Shown here: positions 17,670 through 22,443 of the stretch, piece by piece
Position numbering within the stretch: position 1 is the stretch's first letter
How the letters are laid out: each line of letters opens with the position of its first letter
DNA from: Candidatus Bathyarchaeota archaeon
GTDB taxonomy: Archaea > Thermoproteota > Bathyarchaeia > 40CM-2-53-6
Reading direction: 5' to 3'
NCBI GenBank assembly: GCA_963833125.1
Contig: CAWHWX010000027.1
Coordinates: 1 to 22,443, forward strand
DNA: 22,443 nt
Notes under the pieces: generated by a model
Databases searched by the model: none
Seen by the model: the letters and a program-made list of their open reading frames with translations, nothing else
Told to the model about the DNA's origin: nothing
Program-made: the position numbers and the translations under genes

Positions 17670-18242
17670 TTAGTATCCGCCGCCTCCGCCTGAAGTGGTT
17701 GTGGTTGAAGTAATTAGTACGCCAGGCACTGGAAGGGAGTAAGCATACCACACCCCTTTTACTCCTTGACCGTTTGTATCGCCTGGTTTCATGTCCTTTA
17801 TGAAGTAATAGAGCGGCGAACCATTGTAAGTCAACTGCTTGCTCCCATCAGGTCTGGTGATGACGCCAAAGTTCGTTGCATTGAGCCCTGTAGGAAGATT
17901 GAGGTTGTTGGTGTAGAACGCAGGCCAGAACTTTATGCACACGCCTGTGCATGTGCTTGTTCCGTTGCCCGGCGTGTCAGTCTTAAGGAGATACAGTGTC
18001 CAACCTGTAGCATTTGTTAGGTAGAATCCTATCCCTTGTTTGTACACGATATTCACAGAGTATAGAGGAAAGCTGACACTAGACATCACTGTAGTGCTCA
18101 GGGTCTGAGTTTCAGTTTGATTGACTGTTTGAGTCACTGTAGTCGGATGGTTTACGAAGAAGGCGGTAGAGGCTGCGAAGATCACGGTTAAGACTATAAA
18201 CAAGGCCGACAGCGACTTGTACATCGGTTTGACTTGGGACAT
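17670..18242 (-). CDS. Secreted repeat protein, COG4315 / Lipoprotein_15-like
   Basis: TM/signal, Thr-rich linker, GWTLYLLKTD...CTGVCIKFWP...RPDGSKQLTYNGSPLYYFIKD..PGDTNGQG. Confidence 0.88.
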   Translation of the reverse strand: MSQVKPMYKSLSALFIVLTVIFAASTAFFVNHPTTVTQTVNQTETQTLSTTVMSSVSFPLYSVNIVYKQGIGFYLTNATGWTLYLLKTDTPGNGTSTCTGVCIKFWPAFYTNNLNLPTGLNATNFGVITRPDGSKQLTYNGSPLYYFIKDMKPGDTNGQGVKGVWYAYSLPVPGVLITSTTTTSGGGGGY

Positions 18243-18274
18243 AGCTTGTCAGAGTTCACACGGACTACTATGAC

Positions 18275-18319
18275 TACTTAAGCGGATTCCAAGATTGCTC
18301 CAGAATTCTTCCAAGAAGC
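18275..18319 (-). promoter_or_regulatory. TATA-like box with three tandem 11-bp direct repeats
   Basis: TTCCAAGATTG/CTCCAGAATTC/TTCCAAGAAGC (18287-18319) just upstream of CTTAAGTA on the - strand, between the COG4315 gene and the divergent wHTH gene. Confidence 0.65.
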
Positions 18320-18392
18320 CAACGAAATTCGCATAATTCGAGCGCTTTTTTACTACCATGATTCCCCTGACCACGGGTTAGAGGGGCTACGA

Positions 18393-18707
18393 TTGAGTTT
18401 AACGCTGAGCCCCGACCGCTTAAGGCGGGTGCTCCTGTACCTGATCTCAGCGACTAGGGGGGGCCCCGCCCGCACGGTGATAATTACAACCTTGAAAGAG
18501 CAGCCTATGAATGTGAACCAGCTGGCACAACGTCTGGGACACGATTACTCTACGATCAAACATCACTTGGACGTTCTAGTGGAGAACAGGCTCGTTGAGC
18601 CTGCTGGCGCCAAATACGGGCAACTCTACTTTCTTTCCACTGCCCTTGTAGAAAACTATGATGAGTTCATTGCGATATTGGGTAAAGTTGGGAAAAAGCA
18701 AACATAG
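18393..18707 (+). CDS. Winged-HTH (ArsR-like) archaeal transcription regulator
   Basis: LLYLISATRGGPAR...PMNVNQLA..LGHDYSTIKHHLDVLVEN.LV...KYGQLYFLS. Confidence 0.9.
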   Translation: MSLTLSPDRLRRVLLYLISATRGGPARTVIITTLKEQPMNVNQLAQRLGHDYSTIKHHLDVLVENRLVEPAGAKYGQLYFLSTALVENYDEFIAILGKVGKKQT

Positions 18708-18729
18708 GCCATGGTGGAGATTCAGGGTT

Positions 18730-19017
18730 ATGATAGGGCCATTTTGGATTGCAAATATCACGCTTGCGGCTGTGAATGTGGCTGTAGTTGCGGGCGTACT
18801 TTACGTATACACTAGTAATTTTGGTCCATTAAGGTCGAAGCTAGCTTTGGGGTTGATTGCATTCTCAAGCGTTCTCGTACTCCAAAACATCGTGGCAGCG
18901 TTCATGTATTGGGGGCTTGCGCAATCATACACAGCGGCCGTCGCGATACCGATACTACTGATCACCGCACTTGAAACTACAGGCTTACTACTCTTGCTCT
19001 GGGCAACTTGGCGATAG
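18730..19017 (+). CDS. 3-TM membrane protein paired with the wHTH regulator
   Basis: From ATG 18730: MIGPFWIAN...YVYTSNF...LALGLIAF...LQN...LET.GL..L; 22 nt downstream of the regulator. Confidence 0.8.
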   Translation: MIGPFWIANITLAAVNVAVVAGVLYVYTSNFGPLRSKLALGLIAFSSVLVLQNIVAAFMYWGLAQSYTAAVAIPILLITALETTGLLLLLWATWR

Positions 19018-19076
19018 CGAACCTGATAATCGCGCAGGATATGCCTAACCAGACGACTCGTAGAATTCCTCTTCGT

Positions 19077-19329
19077 CCCACCCCAAAGTGGAAAATACGC
19101 GAGCTTCCAACGATGCTCGTAAGTTCGCCCGAGGCTCCAAGAGCCATGCTCAGAACCTCACTAGGCAAAGTAATCCACGGTGCGTGGAGACTATGCGTAG
19201 TGGTAAACACAGCTAACCCACCACTTTTCTAATTTCTCACGCTTTACGGGGGGAAAACCTGGCTAACCCAACTTCTCGGTAAGAAGTTAACAAGTTACCA
19301 AATCATCCACGGGAAGTGGAAAGTGCGCG
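19077..19329. repeat. Three spaced ~25-bp palindromic repeats
   Basis: CCCAC-CCCAAA-GTGGAAAATACGCG (19077-19101), TCCAC-GGTGC-GTGGAGACTATGCG (19174-19197), TCCAC-GGGAA-GTGGAAAGTGCGCG (19306-19329). Confidence 0.75.
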
Positions 19330-19396
19330 ACCACTAAAACACCTTAACACAACACAACTAAAGAACGCAACGAAAACATAGCCCTACAATACTTTA
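19301..19396. repeat. Dispersed intergenic repeat, copy Y
   Basis: Ungapped homologue of 14988-15083. Confidence 0.8.
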
Positions 19397-19501
19397 GCGC
19401 TATACGAGTGAACAAATTACGGTACTTGGTCGATTCCCGAGGCTCCAAACCCCAGGTTCAGAGCCGGTAGAAACCCCACATGTAGGGAGCTTGAACCTTT
19501 A

Positions 19502-19525
19502 GTTCAAATCCCTCTCCCGACGCCA
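19502..19525 (+). other. Orphan tRNA 3' fragment (Ser-like, with CCA); att-like scar
   Basis: GTTCAAATCCCTC-TCCCGAC-G-CCA; starts at the T loop, 5' T stem and rest of the tRNA absent. Confidence 0.7.
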
Positions 19526-19558
19526 GAACTTGGTTCAGAACCTTGAGTTTGTTTATCC

Positions 19559-19849
19559 TCACTTTCTTGCTATGTGGTGGCGTCGTTTTGTTTCATGCGT
19601 GGCCTGCATGAATTCCTGCTCCATTATTCTAACCGCGGGTTCTGCTTTGGCGTTTGGCTGTCGCAGGGCGGCCAATTCTGGGGGTAGATGGCTTCGCATG
19701 TTAGTTTGCCATTCGAGGTCGTTCGTGGGTTCAGGATTTAGACTCTTGAACGTTTCTAGGGTCCTTGACATTCCGTCAACTACCCCGAGATAATAGAACA
19801 TCCATGAGGTTAGCCGTTTCATTGCGGCCTCATTAACTTGCGACCTCAA
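19559..19849 (-). CDS. Hypothetical helical protein
   Basis: 96 aa ORF between the tRNA fragment and repeat B; no recognisable motif. Confidence 0.45.
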   Translation of the reverse strand: MRSQVNEAAMKRLTSWMFYYLGVVDGMSRTLETFKSLNPEPTNDLEWQTNMRSHLPPELAALRQPNAKAEPAVRIMEQEFMQATHETKRRHHIARK

Positions 19850-19880
19850 AACACACCGACCGCTCCCGACTAACCTCCCA

Positions 19881-19962
19881 TAATTTAGGGAATGTCATCT
19901 CACCTTCTGTCATCCACCAACAGTGGAGACAAGCCACGGAACAAACAATACTTGCAGATACC
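19881..19962. repeat. Dispersed intergenic repeat, copy B
   Basis: Direct repeat of 11426-11508. Confidence 0.9.
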
Positions 19963-20100
19963 CCGCTCCAGGCACTAACAATTTTTCCGTTACCGGGTGT
20001 TTTCTAGGAAAACTTTACGGGAATATGCCCCAAAACCTCCCCCACAAAGCCTATACTTAAAAGCCAGACACATATTTTCCCCGCAAGGTTCCGATAAAAA

Positions 20101-20424
20101 GTGCAGTTTTGCCCGAAGTGCGGCCTCGCGCTTCTGCCCACCAAGAAGCAGAAGGCGGTTGTACTTAGCTGTCCAAAATGCGGCTACGAAACCCACCGAT
20201 CAGACCGCACTGTGCAGAAACTTGAGCAACAGAAGGAGAACGTAGTCGTGATCGGCAAGGAGGAGCAGAAGATTCGAACCTTGCCTAAGACCAAGGTTGA
20301 TTGTCCAAAGTGTGGGCATAAGGAAGCATTCTACTGGTTGGTTCAAACCCGTGGCGCTGACGAATCGTCAACACAGTTTTTCCGTTGCACGACCTGCGGA
20401 ACAACCTGGCGAGAAAATTCATAG
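20101..20424 (+). CDS. tfs: Archaeal transcription factor S (TFS/RpoM)
   Basis: Two zinc ribbons (FCPKCG...CPKCG; CPKCG...CTTCG) and acidic hairpin QTRGADE; TATA-like CTTAAAA at about 20056-20062. Confidence 0.97.
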   Translation: MQFCPKCGLALLPTKKQKAVVLSCPKCGYETHRSDRTVQKLEQQKENVVVIGKEEQKIRTLPKTKVDCPKCGHKEAFYWLVQTRGADESSTQFFRCTTCGTTWRENS

Positions 20425-20518
20425 CAGACGCAATTGTCGCGCTCGCAGACCCTTGACTACTTTGAACCCTAACCATGTCCCGCATTATCCCAGACACGAG
20501 TGCCCTTCTGGTTCGGTT

Positions 20519-22210
20519 TCATTTCCTTCGTCTTCTTGATATGAACACTACACAGGATACGACGATTACGGTTCCGACTACGGCGGCGATCGCCATTAAT
20601 CCGTTCACGCCGAAACCTGAAGCAGGTTGCAGTAGAGGGCCGCCGTTGCTTTCAAGTTCTATTCCTGAGAGTATTTGGTGCGGTAACTCTTCGATCCCGT
20701 TGCTGTCAACACTCCAATACTCTAACGTGTTATTGCTCCCTTGAGTGGTGATGTGCGGCTGGCCATCGGTGGCGACGGATCTCGTCGGCCCATTGTTGAT
20801 TCTGTAGTAGATACTGGTTGGTCCTCCGAGGTCATTGAGAGTAACTAGATTAATGGTGAAATCATTCGGGTGAGTGGTTCCATCATAGTCGTTGTCGGTT
20901 TGCAGAGGGATAGGCACGACTCGGTAGATTCCCCAACCGTAAGCGAAGGTGTAGGCTCTGACCACTTCCCCTTTCGGGTTCACCTCGACCAGTACCGCGC
21001 CCGTGCTGTTGGGAAGTGGGGAACCTATTGCGGTTCCAGGTAAGTAGTGGCTTTGCGAGCCAAAGTCAGCGATCCAGTCTCCATTTGGCAATCTATCAAC
21101 TGATCCCCAGTAGGGAGTCCAATCCTCCCTGGGAGCCGTCCAGCTCCAGCTTGACCATGCCGTCATGTTATTTTCATTCACTGTAATCTGCAGCATCCTA
21201 CTGTGAGCGTTGGTTTCTTCGAAGGTCGCGGGGCAGGGGTTGGTGGCGTTGGTTGTGTTGTCGTAGTCATCGTCGAACATTGTGAAGACTTCTGGTTGCA
21301 CTTCCCGAACATCGTGGGCGTGGTACCACAAGCTCGGAACTTGCTTCCCATCCGGACCTAGAAGTGTGAAGTTGCCGCGTCGCCCCAAACACCAAACCGT
21401 CTGGTTAGTTGTCTTGTTGATCTTGCAGAACGTGTCGAGGGCTCGCATGTTCATGTAGATCGTATTCGTCTGGAAATTCCACTGAAGGCTGTTTGCATGT
21501 GTCAGATCGATCACGGTTTGACCGTTAACCACCGTGGTGGCGTTACAGAGGCACTCATCCTTCAGGCTGAAATGTCCGTTCGCATAAGTATCCCACGCCC
21601 AGAGAGGGTTACCATGACTATCGAGTTCGACGATGGTATCCATCAACACGTTCCTGCCATCAATCTGTCTCACATAGCTGCTTAAGGTGAGAAAGGTTCC
21701 AGTCATCGGATTGTAGATCATGTCATGATGGCCATAGACGTTTGGAAAATCAGTGGTCAGATTTGTCCTCAGATTCCAAAAGTGCGTGGCTGTATCTGGT
21801 TCGCCTTCGAACATCAGCATATCGTTACCGATGTACTTAACGGGCGCGTAGATGGGGTTGGTCACCCCTGCAAACCCGGGGATCGAAATCGCTGGACTAG
21901 TGTTAGCCGGGGTCGTTCGGAGATCTAGTAATTGCCCTTTTGTCGTCATTACAACGAGGTAGCTAGTTGGGGTGAGGGAGAAATTTGTCGAGCCGTATGA
22001 AAAGTCCCACAGTCCAAACGCAAGATAACCATCCCATGCGTTGCCGAAGGTTTCGATCTTAACTGGAACAGCGAACGCTGAATCGGCAGGGTGCGTACCC
22101 CGGACCGCACTGGGAAACTGAACGGTGAAACTAAACAAGCAGATGAACAGAATGAGGAGAACTATTCGTATCGGGAGAAGTGAGGATTTCAAACTTCTTG
22201 AGCCAGGCAA
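20519..22210 (-). CDS. Membrane-anchored aryl-sulfate sulfotransferase (ASST)-like protein with Ig-like C-terminal domain
   Basis: Signal peptide; HHD, THANS, NMR, HAHD motifs; WGSVDRLPNG; NTLEYWSVD.NG.EE domain; C-terminal TM + RRRRK. Confidence 0.85.
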   Translation of the reverse strand: MPGSRSLKSSLLPIRIVLLILFICLFSFTVQFPSAVRGTHPADSAFAVPVKIETFGNAWDGYLAFGLWDFSYGSTNFSLTPTSYLVVMTTKGQLLDLRTTPANTSPAISIPGFAGVTNPIYAPVKYIGNDMLMFEGEPDTATHFWNLRTNLTTDFPNVYGHHDMIYNPMTGTFLTLSSYVRQIDGRNVLMDTIVELDSHGNPLWAWDTYANGHFSLKDECLCNATTVVNGQTVIDLTHANSLQWNFQTNTIYMNMRALDTFCKINKTTNQTVWCLGRRGNFTLLGPDGKQVPSLWYHAHDVREVQPEVFTMFDDDYDNTTNATNPCPATFEETNAHSRMLQITVNENNMTAWSSWSWTAPREDWTPYWGSVDRLPNGDWIADFGSQSHYLPGTAIGSPLPNSTGAVLVEVNPKGEVVRAYTFAYGWGIYRVVPIPLQTDNDYDGTTHPNDFTINLVTLNDLGGPTSIYYRINNGPTRSVATDGQPHITTQGSNNTLEYWSVDSNGIEELPHQILSGIELESNGGPLLQPASGFGVNGLMAIAAVVGTVIVVSCVVFISRRRRK

Positions 22211-22443
22211 GTTACTTCACGCGAACAGTTGATCAACGAACTTTCATTACAGTTCCGTGGGCCTTTCCAAGGCCATTTGAAATTGCCTAATAGCCTTTAC
22301 CGAAGAGAAGGTCCTTACGGCAAGGTGTAACTATACCCGCTTGAAAGTTGGAAAAGTTCCTCGGGTCGAGGGCTGGCTTGAACCTCCAGAAACACGTCTC
22401 TTAAATGCGTAGGATTGGGTCACTAGGACACATTCGAATATTC

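Noticed and set aside
19077-19329. CRISPR array, ORB elements or DnaA boxes
   Set aside because: Repeats are degenerate with 70-110 nt gaps and no cas genes; the palindrome spacing differs from ORB (TCCAGTGGA + G-string) and there is no cdc6; the ATCCAC similarity to DnaA boxes is partial and the host looks archaeal
19420-19525. Full intron-containing tRNA
   Set aside because: No complementary 5' acceptor strand (GTCGGGA), D arm or 5' T stem found upstream
20271-20280. GGTTCGAATC on the - strand
   Set aside because: Lies within the tfs coding sequence with no flanking T stem; coincidental

Overview
Archaeal accessory region; the TFS gene, PEF-type sorting signal, TTG/CTG starts and gene content suggest a TACK archaeon such as Bathyarchaeia (inference). 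From left to right it carries small mobile-element-like regulators, a PEF-CTERM surface protein, a DUF5661-like protein, VKOR and TlpA, an xdhC/arsR-fmdE-tauE module, a P3A H+-ATPase with an MFS transporter, a dsbA-CxC membrane protein-doxX-ctaA-like cluster, ychN/dsrE, queE-queC, a COG4315 secreted protein with a wHTH + 3-TM regulator pair, tfs and an aryl-sulfate sulfotransferase-like protein. fmdE, ychN and queE carry single-base frameshifts, which may be sequencing errors. The most unusual signal is non-coding: two orphan tRNA 3' fragments (att-like scars) and a family of dispersed intergenic elements sharing a TCCAC-N5-GTGGA palindrome and an ACAATACTT box, some with CCCGAGGCTCCAA. Other highlights are a structured leader ahead of queE resembling half a TPP riboswitch, 11-bp-period repeats in the same position next to two TATA-like boxes, and a heme A synthase-like protein lacking its second His. 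All alignments were done by eye; no database searches were run.
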